The position numbers and the translations under genes were made by a program. From NCBI GenBank assembly GCA_964291625.2, contig OZ220089.1, positions 224,001 through 288,000 of the forward strand: DNA of 64,000 nt. The letters are read 5' to 3'. The DNA comes from Candidatus Latescibacterota bacterium. GTDB lineage: Bacteria > Latescibacterota > UBA2968 > UBA8231. This document shows, piece by piece, positions 1 to 8,659 of this stretch (position 1 is its first letter; each line of letters opens with the position of its first letter). The notes under the pieces are model-generated. The model had not been told where the DNA came from. It saw only the letters and a program-made list of their open reading frames with translations, and searched no databases.

Positions 1-2
1 CC

Positions 3-1007
3 TTCGGCCACCTCTCCGGCCTGCGGACCGCCGCCGAGCACGGCCTCGCGGTCGAGAGGGCCGCCCTCGAGGAGACACGCCGGGAGGTCGCCCTGGAGGT
101 CAGGGAGCTGTACTACGGGATGCTCCTGGCCGGCGACCTGTCGGCCCTCGCCCGGCGCCTGCGCCAGGAGCTGGAGGACCGGGAGTCGGAGGTGAACGCC
201 GACGACCCCGACATCCCCCTGGGCGTGCCCTACCGCCTGCAGCTGGCCCTGCTGGAGCTCCGCGACCGCGAGGCCGAGCTCCAGGACCAGTTGCGCCTGG
301 CGCGTTCGGCCCTGGCGTGGAGGGCGGGCCTGCCGGAGGACGAGCCCTTCGAGCTGGCCGAGACCCGGCTCGAGCCCGTGGAGGCCGAGGTTCCTCCTCT
401 CGACGAGCTGCTGGAGCGGGCCCTGAGACACCGGCCGGACTGGCGCCGTCTGCGCGCCGGAGTGGCCGCCCGCCGGGCCCAGGAGCAGGCCGCGCGCAGC
501 GCCGGGTACCCCCAGATCTTTCTCGCCGGGGGCCTGCGCTACGCCGCGGCCCCGGGGCGGACGGATCAGCGGAACCCTTTCGTCAAGGACGAGTTCAACC
601 TCTTCAGCGGGGCCGTCGTGCTGGGCCTGCGCCAGTCCTTCGAGATCGGCCTCATCGGCGCCGAGGTGGACCGGGCGCGGGCCCGGCGCATGCAGCTGGA
701 GGCCCGGGAGCGCAGCGGCGCCCAGGGCATCCGCCTCGAGATCGACCAGGCCCTGAAGGAGTACGAGGGGGCCCGGAGGGAGCTGGACTCGGCCCGGCGG
801 GGCCGTGACCTGACGCGGGAGTGGCTGCGGATCGCGCGCGACGAATACGACCTGGACCCGGCCCGGATCAAGGATCTGGTGAGCGCCTTCGAGAGCTTCG
901 CCGACTCCGAGCAGGCCTACCATGAAGCCGTGTACGAGCACAACGTGAGGCTCGCCGGACTCGAGCACGTCGTCGGCGCCCCCCTCGGCCCGGGGAGCCC
1001 GGAATGA
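3..1007 (+). CDS. TolC-family outer membrane efflux protein (5' truncated by window edge)
   Basis: Frame is open from position 3 (FGHLSGLRTAAEHGLAVE...EVRELYYGM). Helical OEP-type repeats: ALRHRPD, YPQIFLAGG, YHEAVYEHNVRLAGLEHVVG. Confidence 0.85.
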   Translation, partial: FGHLSGLRTAAEHGLAVERAALEETRREVALEVRELYYGMLLAGDLSALARRLRQELEDRESEVNADDPDIPLGVPYRLQLALLELRDREAELQDQLRLARSALAWRAGLPEDEPFELAETRLEPVEAEVPPLDELLERALRHRPDWRRLRAGVAARRAQEQAARSAGYPQIFLAGGLRYAAAPGRTDQRNPFVKDEFNLFSGAVVLGLRQSFEIGLIGAEVDRARARRMQLEARERSGAQGIRLEIDQALKEYEGARRELDSARRGRDLTREWLRIARDEYDLDPARIKDLVSAFESFADSEQAYHEAVYEHNVRLAGLEHVVGAPLGPGSPE

Positions 1008-2278
1008 GACTTCGGGGCATCGCCTCGGGACTGGTCTGGCTGGCCTGCACCGGCCCCGCCGGCGCCGGGGGCGAGGCCTGGCTGGCGGCCGAGGTGGACC
1101 GGTTGAACCTGGAGGGCCGGAGGGCTCCCGAGGCGGCGGCGGCGGCCTTCGTCGACCGCGCCGTGGACCTTCCCGGCTTCGCCGAGCTCTGCTTCGGAGA
1201 CTACCTGGAGGACAGCCTCGCCGAGCTCGAGGGTCACATGACCCGCTCCGACTTCCGGGCCTACGTCGAAGCCCACCGCGGGCGGCTGCTGGAGTCGCTG
1301 CGGCAGCGGCTCGTCGACGACCTGGGAACCCGCCTCGCCAGCGGGTTGCCGACCCTGGAGGCGGCGTCCTCCGACTTCGACGGCAAAGCCGGCCGCGCCG
1401 AGATCACCGTCCCCGGAGGGGGGGGGCCGATCCGCTGCCACCTGCGGCGCACGGAGGAGGGCTGGCGCCTGCGGGACCTGCGCCTCCAGGACCGCCGCCT
1501 CAGCCGCATGTACCGGCGGCGGTTCGAGGATGTCCTCGACCGCCGCGACTCCCCCGCCGTCCTCGAGGCCCGGCTCGCCGGCCGCGAGTACATCGTCCTC
1601 GAGGACTTCTCCTTCTCCGAGCCGGGCGACCTGCCCATGGGTTGGGGCTGGCGGGACCGGGACGACGACGCCGAGAAGCCCTACCGGGTGCGCCGGCACG
1701 GCCGGGACGCCTTCGTCGAGGCCCGGGTGTCGGACTCGTCGATCCTCCTCCTGAGCCAGGCCCAGTGGAACCCGCGCCGTTTTCCGATCCTGACCTGGTG
1801 CTGGCGGGCGGACCAGTTGCCCGAAGGCGGGGACGAGCGCTTCGGGGCCACCAACGACAGCGCCGCGGGTGTGTACGTGTTCTACTCGCTGACCTGGCTG
1901 GGCGCGCCCCGGCACGTCAAGTACGTGTGGAGCACCACCCTGCCCCTCGACACCGTGGGGCGCCGGAACCGCATCTTCCGTCCCTGGTACATCGTCGCCG
2001 AGAGCGGCGCCGGGAACCTGGGGCGATGGACCTTCGAGGTGGCCGACCTCGAGCGCGACCACGGCCGCACCTACGGGGGCGACCCGAAGGACCGGACCGT
2101 GGGTCTCGGCCTGCTGACCGACGCCAACAACACCGGGACCCGGGCCGAGGCCTGCTACGGGGAGCTGCGCGCCTGGACCCGCGAGGCCTGGGAGCAGGGC
2201 CGCGTCGTCGATCACTGCGGCGGCCTCCGGGTTCCCCCCGTCCTCACCGGCTCCACCTCGCGGGAGGTCACGCCATGA
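1004..2278 (+). CDS. Secreted fusion: N-terminal MlaC/Ttg2D-like domain + C-terminal DUF3047 domain
   Basis: Signal peptide; AVDLPGFAELCFGDY and WRLRDLRL..LSRMYRRRF are MlaC-like. LTWCWRADQLP, NDSAAGVYV, KYVWSTTLP and LTDANNT are typical of DUF3047. ATGA overlap with the TolC gene. Confidence 0.7.
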   Translation: MRLRGIASGLVWLACTGPAGAGGEAWLAAEVDRLNLEGRRAPEAAAAAFVDRAVDLPGFAELCFGDYLEDSLAELEGHMTRSDFRAYVEAHRGRLLESLRQRLVDDLGTRLASGLPTLEAASSDFDGKAGRAEITVPGGGGPIRCHLRRTEEGWRLRDLRLQDRRLSRMYRRRFEDVLDRRDSPAVLEARLAGREYIVLEDFSFSEPGDLPMGWGWRDRDDDAEKPYRVRRHGRDAFVEARVSDSSILLLSQAQWNPRRFPILTWCWRADQLPEGGDERFGATNDSAAGVYVFYSLTWLGAPRHVKYVWSTTLPLDTVGRRNRIFRPWYIVAESGAGNLGRWTFEVADLERDHGRTYGGDPKDRTVGLGLLTDANNTGTRAEACYGELRAWTREAWEQGRVVDHCGGLRVPPVLTGSTSREVTP

Positions 2279-2889
2279 AGACCGTCATCTGCCTGCTCAT
2301 GGCGCAGGCGCCCCTCGCCCTGCTCGCCGAGACGCCCCCCGACAGCACGGCCACCGCCTTCCTCCGGAGCCACGACGCCCGGGTGCGGGAGATCGTCCTC
2401 GCCGGCCCGGACACCTTGTCCGGCGAGGACCGGACCCGCGTGCAGGACCTGATCGGCGACGCCTTCGACTTCCGCGAGCTGGCGCGGCTCTCCCTCGGCG
2501 ACCACTGGCAGGAGCGCACCCAGGAGGAGCGCGGCGAGTTCGTGGACCTCTTCCGCCGCATCATCGAGAGGCAGAACTTCGACCTCTTCGTGCGCTATCA
2601 CCGGGAGGGGCGGATCACCTACACCTCCGAGGAGCTCGACGAGGAGGGGCGGGCGGTGGTGCGCGGCGAGGTGCCGCTGAAGCAGGAGACCAAACGGATC
2701 GCGTACTACCTGCACCGGACACCGGCGGAGGCCGGGGGCGCCTGGCGCATCTACGACCTCGCCGTGGACGGGGCCGGCACGGCGGAGGCCAACCGCCGCA
2801 CCTATACCCGCTACATCGGCCGCCACTCGTACCCGGCCCTCCTCGAGGCCCTGCGCCGCAAACTGGACCGGCTCGAGGGGCGGGGCTGA
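2275..2889 (+). CDS. MlaC/Ttg2D (HpnM-like) periplasmic lipid-binding protein
   Basis: ATG at 2275 overlaps the upstream stop (ATGA), preceded by GGAGG. Motifs FDFRELARLSLGDHW, EFVDLF and WRIYDLAVDG. Confidence 0.85.
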   Translation: MKTVICLLMAQAPLALLAETPPDSTATAFLRSHDARVREIVLAGPDTLSGEDRTRVQDLIGDAFDFRELARLSLGDHWQERTQEERGEFVDLFRRIIERQNFDLFVRYHREGRITYTSEELDEEGRAVVRGEVPLKQETKRIAYYLHRTPAEAGGAWRIYDLAVDGAGTAEANRRTYTRYIGRHSYPALLEALRRKLDRLEGRG

Positions 2890-2914
2890 AGCCGGGGGAA
2901 CCAACGGCCGCCGC

Positions 2915-5341
2915 ATGCGGATCCGCTACGAGCGCATCGTCCACTACGTCTTCCACCACCATCTGGGGATCATCCTCTTCTCCCTGGTGATCTCCCTCCT
3001 GGCCGGATCGCTGGCGGCGCGCCTGAAGATCAAGGCCGACTCGGCCGACCTGCTGCCGGACGACTACGTGAGCGTCCGCGAGTTGAACCGCATCAAGGCG
3101 CGCGTCGGCGGCGCCGCGCCGCTGATGGTGATCGTCACCGGCGACGATCTGGCGGCCTGCGTGGAGTTCATGCACGTCCTGGCCGACTCCCTCGAGGGCA
3201 GTCCGATGCTGAGCTCCATCGTGCGCGGGCGCACGGCCCAGACCGAGTTCCTGAGCCGCAACCGGCTGCTCTACATGGACCTGGCCGACCTGCGGGAGCT
3301 GCAGACCCGCGTGCAGGAGAAGGTCGAGCTGGAGAAGCTGCGGCGGTCCCCCCTGTACATCGGCCTGGAGGACGAGGAGGAGGATCCCCTCGAGCTCGAC
3401 GACCTGGAGGCCCGCTACCCCGGCGGCAGCGGGGGCTTCCACCGCGACTACTACCTGACCAAGGAGGGCAACGGCGTCATCCTGCGGGTCTACCCCGCGG
3501 GGGTGATCACCGACATGACCTTCAGCCGGCGCCTGCTGTCGGGCATCCGCTCGACGATCGACGCCATCGATCCCCGGCGCTTCCACGCCAGCATCGAGGT
3601 CTCCTTCTCGGGCAGCTTCAACAACGCCTTCACCCAGTACGACGTGATCGTGCGGGACCTGCGGTCGACGGCGCTGTACGCCTTCCTCGGCGTCCTCCTG
3701 CTCATCTCCCTCTACTTCCGCCAGGTCCTGTCGCCGCTCTTCGTCGTCGTCCCCCTGCTCATGAGCCTGTCGTGGACCTTCGCCCTCACCTGGCTCGTCA
3801 TCGGCAACCTCAACCAGATCACCGTCTGTCTCTTCGCCATCCTCTTCGGTCTCGGCATCGACTTCGGCATCCACATCTTCGCCCGCTACCGCGAGGCCCG
3901 CCGGAGAGGGCTGGAGACGGAGGCCGCCCTCGTGGAGACGGTCTGCCAGACGGGCAGCGCCCTGACCACCACGGCGGTGACCACGGCGGTGGCCTTCTTC
4001 TCGCTGCTGTTCTCCGACTTCAAGGGGTTCAGCGAGTTCGGCTTCATCGTCGGCGTGGGGATCCTGTTCTCGCTGGTGGCCATGGTCGTCATCTGCCCTG
4101 CCTTCATCGTCCTGGCCGAGAGACTGCGGCTGATCCGCCTGGGCCAGCAGGAGGTACCCGGCCACCTGCTGCGACGCGGCCGTTACCCCGTGCCCCACCT
4201 CACCCTGATCCTGGCCGTGGCGGCCACGGGCTACTCGGTGCTGCACCTGGCCGACCTGCGCTTCGAGTACGACTTCAAGAAGCTCCGGCCGGACACCTCC
4301 AGCGGGGGCCCGAAGGCGAGCCTGCCCGACGAACTGAAGGAGACCCGCGCGCCGGCGATCGTCCTCACCGAGAACGAGGAACAGGCGATGGCCGTGGTGG
4401 CCGAGGTCGAGCGCCGGCGCGCCGCCCACGGCGACAGCTCCACCATCCGCTCGGTGCGCAGCGTCTACTCCCTGCTGCCGGCCGACCAGGAGGAGAAGCT
4501 GGCCATCCTCGGCGGCCTGCGGCAGACCCTGGAGGAGAACGAGGACCTACTCGACGGCGGCACCCGGGCCCGCGTCGACTCCCTGCGGCGCTACCTGGAG
4601 GTCTCCCGGCTGCGGCTGGAGGACCTGCCGGGGGAGATGACCAAGAGCTTCTCCGGCAAGGACGGCGAGATCCTCAGCTTCGTGCAGATCAACGCCGCCG
4701 TGCCCCTGCGCGACGGGCGCAACGCCATCGCCTTCGCCCGGCAGATCAAGGAGATCGAGACCCCCGGCGGCGGCACCTTCTTCGCCTCGAGCGCCCACAT
4801 CATCTTCGCCGAGATGCTGGAGCTGATGCTCGACGACGCCGTCAAGGCGGTGGCCGTCTCCCTCATCGCCGTCACCCTCGTGCTGCTGATCGACCTGGGC
4901 AGTCTCGGGCGGACCCTGCTCGTCCTCACCCCCCTGCTCACGGCGCTGGCCTGGGTCACGGGGCTGATGTACATCTTCGATTTCAAGGTCAACATCTACA
5001 ACATGGTCGCCTTCCCCACGATCATCGGCATGGGGATCGACAACGCCGTGCACATGTTCCACCGGTACCGAGAGGCCGGCCCGGGATCGATGCGCCTCGT
5101 GCTGCGCACCACGGGCACCGTGCTGATGGCCACGACGCTGACGACCATGGTCGGCTTCGCCGGCCTCGTGCCCGCCCATCACCCGGCCCTCTACTGGGTC
5201 GGCACGGTCACGCTTCTGGGGCTGGGCTCCTGCTTCGTCTCGGCCGTCACCCTGTTGCCGGCGCTGCTGCAGATGCTCGAGGGACAACGAGAAACGGCCC
5301 GCCCCGGGAAGGCGGGGCTGCCTTCGGGGACGGGCCGCTGA
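2915..5341 (+). CDS. MMPL/RND-family transporter (HpnN/BstA-like lipid exporter)
   Basis: 808 aa with two TM repeats and large loops; GLGIDFGIH and GMGIDNAVH motifs. Confidence 0.9.
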   Translation: MRIRYERIVHYVFHHHLGIILFSLVISLLAGSLAARLKIKADSADLLPDDYVSVRELNRIKARVGGAAPLMVIVTGDDLAACVEFMHVLADSLEGSPMLSSIVRGRTAQTEFLSRNRLLYMDLADLRELQTRVQEKVELEKLRRSPLYIGLEDEEEDPLELDDLEARYPGGSGGFHRDYYLTKEGNGVILRVYPAGVITDMTFSRRLLSGIRSTIDAIDPRRFHASIEVSFSGSFNNAFTQYDVIVRDLRSTALYAFLGVLLLISLYFRQVLSPLFVVVPLLMSLSWTFALTWLVIGNLNQITVCLFAILFGLGIDFGIHIFARYREARRRGLETEAALVETVCQTGSALTTTAVTTAVAFFSLLFSDFKGFSEFGFIVGVGILFSLVAMVVICPAFIVLAERLRLIRLGQQEVPGHLLRRGRYPVPHLTLILAVAATGYSVLHLADLRFEYDFKKLRPDTSSGGPKASLPDELKETRAPAIVLTENEEQAMAVVAEVERRRAAHGDSSTIRSVRSVYSLLPADQEEKLAILGGLRQTLEENEDLLDGGTRARVDSLRRYLEVSRLRLEDLPGEMTKSFSGKDGEILSFVQINAAVPLRDGRNAIAFARQIKEIETPGGGTFFASSAHIIFAEMLELMLDDAVKAVAVSLIAVTLVLLIDLGSLGRTLLVLTPLLTALAWVTGLMYIFDFKVNIYNMVAFPTIIGMGIDNAVHMFHRYREAGPGSMRLVLRTTGTVLMATTLTTMVGFAGLVPAHHPALYWVGTVTLLGLGSCFVSAVTLLPALLQMLEGQRETARPGKAGLPSGTGR

Positions 5342-5346
5342 TTCGG

Positions 5347-5422
5347 TGGAGCGGGAGACGAGACTCGAACTCGCGACAACCACGTTGGCAACGTGGGGCT
5401 CTACCAACTGAGCTACTCCCGC
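5347..5422 (-). tRNA. tRNA-Gly(GCC)
   Basis: Reverse complement GCGGGAGTAGCTCAGTTGGTAGAGC-CCACG TTGCCAA CGTGG-TTGTCGCGAGTTCGAGTCTCGTCTCCCGCTCCA; 76 nt cloverleaf with encoded CCA. Confidence 0.98.
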
Positions 5423-5435
5423 GATCAGGAGGAGG

Positions 5436-5465
5436 AATATAGAGAGTGGGAAAAAAGAGCGTCAA
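5436..5465 (-). promoter_or_regulatory. Putative sigma70 promoter of tRNA-Gly
   Basis: Minus strand TTGACG (5465-5460), N18, TATATT (5441-5436), just upstream of the tRNA. Confidence 0.6.
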
Positions 5466-8400
5466 GGCCCTGGGCGCCGCCTGCATCGCCCTGGCGGCAG
5501 GGCTCGGTTGCGGCGGCGAAGGCGGCAGCGCCCTGCCGCCGCAGGCGCGCTGGCACAACAACCAGGGCGTCGTCTACATGGACCAGCACAACTACGTCCG
5601 GGGCCGCGAGCACTTCGAGGAAGCCGCCAGGCTCGCCCCGGGCTACGCCACGGCCCGCGCCAACCTCGGCATCGCCCTCTACAGCCTGGGGAAGTACGAC
5701 AGCGCCCGCGTGGCCCTGGGCCGGGCCCTGGAGCGCGACGGCGGTCACCTGCACGCCCTCTACACCCTGGGCCTGATCGACCACGCCCAGGGACGCGACT
5801 ACGCCGCCGCCCTCGACCGCTTCCGCCGGGTCGCCGCCCGCGACGGCGAGGATCCTCTCGTGTGGTACTTCCTCGGCCGGACCCACGCCAAGGTCGGCCA
5901 GGCGGACTCCGCGGTGGCCGCCTACGAGCGCGCCATCGCCCTGGACCCCACCCACCTGTCGGCCCACTACGCCCTCGCCCAGGAGCTGCGCCAGCAGGGG
6001 GACCTGGAGGCCTGGCGGCGCACCCTGACCCGGTTCGACCAGCTGAGCCGGGCCGGCGTCGAGGGCGTCTCCTCCGCCTACCAGGGGCAGGGCAAGTATG
6101 CCGAAGCCCTCGCCGAGGGCCGCTTCGGAGTCGGCGGCGCCGGAAGCGCCGGCGGCCTGAGCTTCCGGGCGGCGTCGGACCTGGCCGCCGGTGAGGGTCC
6201 CCTGCTCTTCCTCACCCCCGTCGACGCCGACGGCGACGGCGGCGCCGACGTGGTGGCCGGCACCGGCCGTGGACCGCTGCTGCTGGCCAACGGCGACGAC
6301 GGACTCATGGCGGGCGCGGCCTGGGACTTCGAAGGGGTTCCGGCGGCCCGGGGCCTGGCCTTCGCCGACGTGGATGACGACGGCGACGCCGACGCCGCCT
6401 GGTCCGGCGACGGTCTGCGCCTCCTCCTGCAGGACGAGGGCGGGCGCTTCCGGCTCTCGGACGAGTCCCTGGCGCCGGCCCCGGCGACGGTCCTCTTCGG
6501 GGACGTCGATCACGACGGCGACGCCGACCTGGTCGCCGCCGGTCCCGACCTGGTCCTGTGGGCCAACGACGGCACGGGATCCTTCGCCGACGCCACCGCC
6601 GCCGCCGACCTGGCCGTCCCCGGCGTCGAGACGGCGGTGCTGTCCGACTTCGACGACGACCGCGACGTCGACATCCTGGCGGGGGGGCGGTCCCTCGGCC
6701 TCTACGGCAACAACCGCGACGGCACCTTCACCGACGTGGCCGGCCGCCGCGGCCTGCAGGCGGGCGGGGTCACCGGCCTCGCCGTGGCCGACCTCGTCCC
6801 GGACGGGCGCATGGACGTGCTGGTGGTCACCGCCGGCGGCGCCCGCCTGCACGCCAACCGCGGGACCGCCTTCGAGGCGGTCCCGGTGCCGGCTCCGGAC
6901 GGCGCCCGGCAGGCCCTGCCCGCCGACTTCGACAACGACGGCGACCTCGACCTGCTGTGGGTCGGTCCGCAGGGCGCCCGGCCCGCCGTCGGCAACGGCC
7001 CCGACTTCCAGCCCACGGGCGCGGATCTCGGCCCCGGGCCGTGGGCCATCCTCGACGCCGACAGCGACGGCCGGCTCGACGTGCTCGCCGGCCGCAAGAG
7101 GTGGCTCAACGACAGCGACGCCGGAAACTGGCTCGCCGTCGACCTGTCGGGCCGCAACAGCAACCCCGACGGCTTCGGCGCCAAGGTGGTGGTCTCCACC
7201 GCCCTGGGACAGCAGAAGCGCGAGCTGCGCGGCGGCGCCGGGGACCCGCCGGTGCTGCACTTCGGCCTGGCCGGGGCCGACTCGGTGGAGTTCGTCAGCG
7301 TCCTCTGGCCCAGCGGCGTGCGTCAGACCGAGCTGGCCACCTCCGCCGGACGGCGCCTGGCACTGATGGAGCTCGACCGCAAGGGCACCTCCTGCCCCGT
7401 CCTCTACGCCTGGGACGGCAGCGGCTTCGGCTTCGTCTCCGACTTCCTCGGAGGCGCCATCATCGGCTACCTGACCGCCCCCGGGCAGTACTACACGCCG
7501 GACACGGACGAGTACCTCCCCCTGCGCCGCCTGCAGGCCAGGGACGGGAGCTACGTGCTGCAGGTGGCCAACCAGCTCGAGGAGATCGTCTACCTCGACG
7601 CCGCCGAGCTGGTCGCCGTCGATCATCCCGCCGGCCTGCGTCTGGAGCCGAACGAGCGCCTGTTGTCCGCACCCCCCTATCCCCCCTTCCGGACCTATGC
7701 CCTGTCGCGGACCCGCCCGCTGGCGAGCGCGCGCGACGGCGAGGGCCGCGACGCGAGGGCGGAGCTGGCCCGCGTCGACGACATCTGGTACGAGGGTTTC
7801 GCGCGCAGCGACATCCACGGCTACGCCGGCGAGTCCACCCTGATCCTGGACCTGGGCGACCTGAGTGACTGGCCGCACCCGGTCCTGCTGGCCCACGGCT
7901 GGGTCGACTATGCCCATTCCAGCAGCAACTGGGCCGCCGCTCAACGCGGCCTCGGCCTGTCGCCGCCGCGGCTGGAGGTCGACCACGGCGACGGCTGGCG
8001 CCAGGTGACCGCCGACATGGGCACGCCCGCGGGCCTGCCGAAGGGGATGCTCGTCGATCTGGACGGCCTCTTCCCGGCCGGCACGGAGAGGGCGCGCCTG
8101 CGCATCACCACCCGGGCCTGCGTCTACTGGGACCAGTTCCTCCTCGGGCTGGCGGAGCCGGAGGCGCCGCGCCGCGTCCACCGGCGGCGCTTCGAGGCGG
8201 ACCTGCACTGGCGCGGATACCCGGCCCACGAGTCGGTCCGCGGCACCTTCGCCTTCCGCTACCACTACGACCGGCTGCGCACCGAGGCCCCCTGGGGCAC
8301 CCACGCCGGCGCCTTCACCCGCCACGGCGACGTGACCGAGCTGGTCGCCGCCGTGGACGACCGCTTCGCCATCCTGCGCCACGGCGACGAGCTGACCCTC

Positions 8401-8646
8401 GAGGTCGAGGCCGGCGCCTTCCCGCCGGTGCCCGCGGGCTGGGAGCGGACCTTCCTGCTCTACGCCGACGGCTTCGGCAAGGACATGGACTTCCACTCCG
8501 CCCACTCCCTCACCGTCGAGCCCCTGCCCTTCCACGGCATGTCCCGTTATCCCTACGGCCCGGACGAGACCTACCCCGCCACGCCGGAGCACGCGCGCTA
8601 CGTGCTCGACTACAACACGAGATGGGTGAAGGGCTACTACCGCTAG
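5446..8646 (+). CDS. Lipoprotein with TPR repeats, FG-GAP/VCBS repeats, ASPIC/UnbV domain and a large C-terminal domain (CRTAC1-like)
   Basis: GGAGG RBS; lipobox GLGC; N-terminal TPRs; repeated DxDxDGDxD; NPDGFGAKV...LHFGL...WPSG (UnbV); SCPVLYAWDG C-terminal module. Confidence 0.85.
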   Translation: MGKKSVKALGAACIALAAGLGCGGEGGSALPPQARWHNNQGVVYMDQHNYVRGREHFEEAARLAPGYATARANLGIALYSLGKYDSARVALGRALERDGGHLHALYTLGLIDHAQGRDYAAALDRFRRVAARDGEDPLVWYFLGRTHAKVGQADSAVAAYERAIALDPTHLSAHYALAQELRQQGDLEAWRRTLTRFDQLSRAGVEGVSSAYQGQGKYAEALAEGRFGVGGAGSAGGLSFRAASDLAAGEGPLLFLTPVDADGDGGADVVAGTGRGPLLLANGDDGLMAGAAWDFEGVPAARGLAFADVDDDGDADAAWSGDGLRLLLQDEGGRFRLSDESLAPAPATVLFGDVDHDGDADLVAAGPDLVLWANDGTGSFADATAAADLAVPGVETAVLSDFDDDRDVDILAGGRSLGLYGNNRDGTFTDVAGRRGLQAGGVTGLAVADLVPDGRMDVLVVTAGGARLHANRGTAFEAVPVPAPDGARQALPADFDNDGDLDLLWVGPQGARPAVGNGPDFQPTGADLGPGPWAILDADSDGRLDVLAGRKRWLNDSDAGNWLAVDLSGRNSNPDGFGAKVVVSTALGQQKRELRGGAGDPPVLHFGLAGADSVEFVSVLWPSGVRQTELATSAGRRLALMELDRKGTSCPVLYAWDGSGFGFVSDFLGGAIIGYLTAPGQYYTPDTDEYLPLRRLQARDGSYVLQVANQLEEIVYLDAAELVAVDHPAGLRLEPNERLLSAPPYPPFRTYALSRTRPLASARDGEGRDARAELARVDDIWYEGFARSDIHGYAGESTLILDLGDLSDWPHPVLLAHGWVDYAHSSSNWAAAQRGLGLSPPRLEVDHGDGWRQVTADMGTPAGLPKGMLVDLDGLFPAGTERARLRITTRACVYWDQFLLGLAEPEAPRRVHRRRFEADLHWRGYPAHESVRGTFAFRYHYDRLRTEAPWGTHAGAFTRHGDVTELVAAVDDRFAILRHGDELTLEVEAGAFPPVPAGWERTFLLYADGFGKDMDFHSAHSLTVEPLPFHGMSRYPYGPDETYPATPEHARYVLDYNTRWVKGYYR

Positions 8647-8659
8647 GGGAGTTCCGCGG

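Noticed and set aside
5347-5422. tRNA as a possible integration site for an island or prophage
   Set aside because: I saw no integrase, no duplicated tRNA 3' end and no phage genes in the window.
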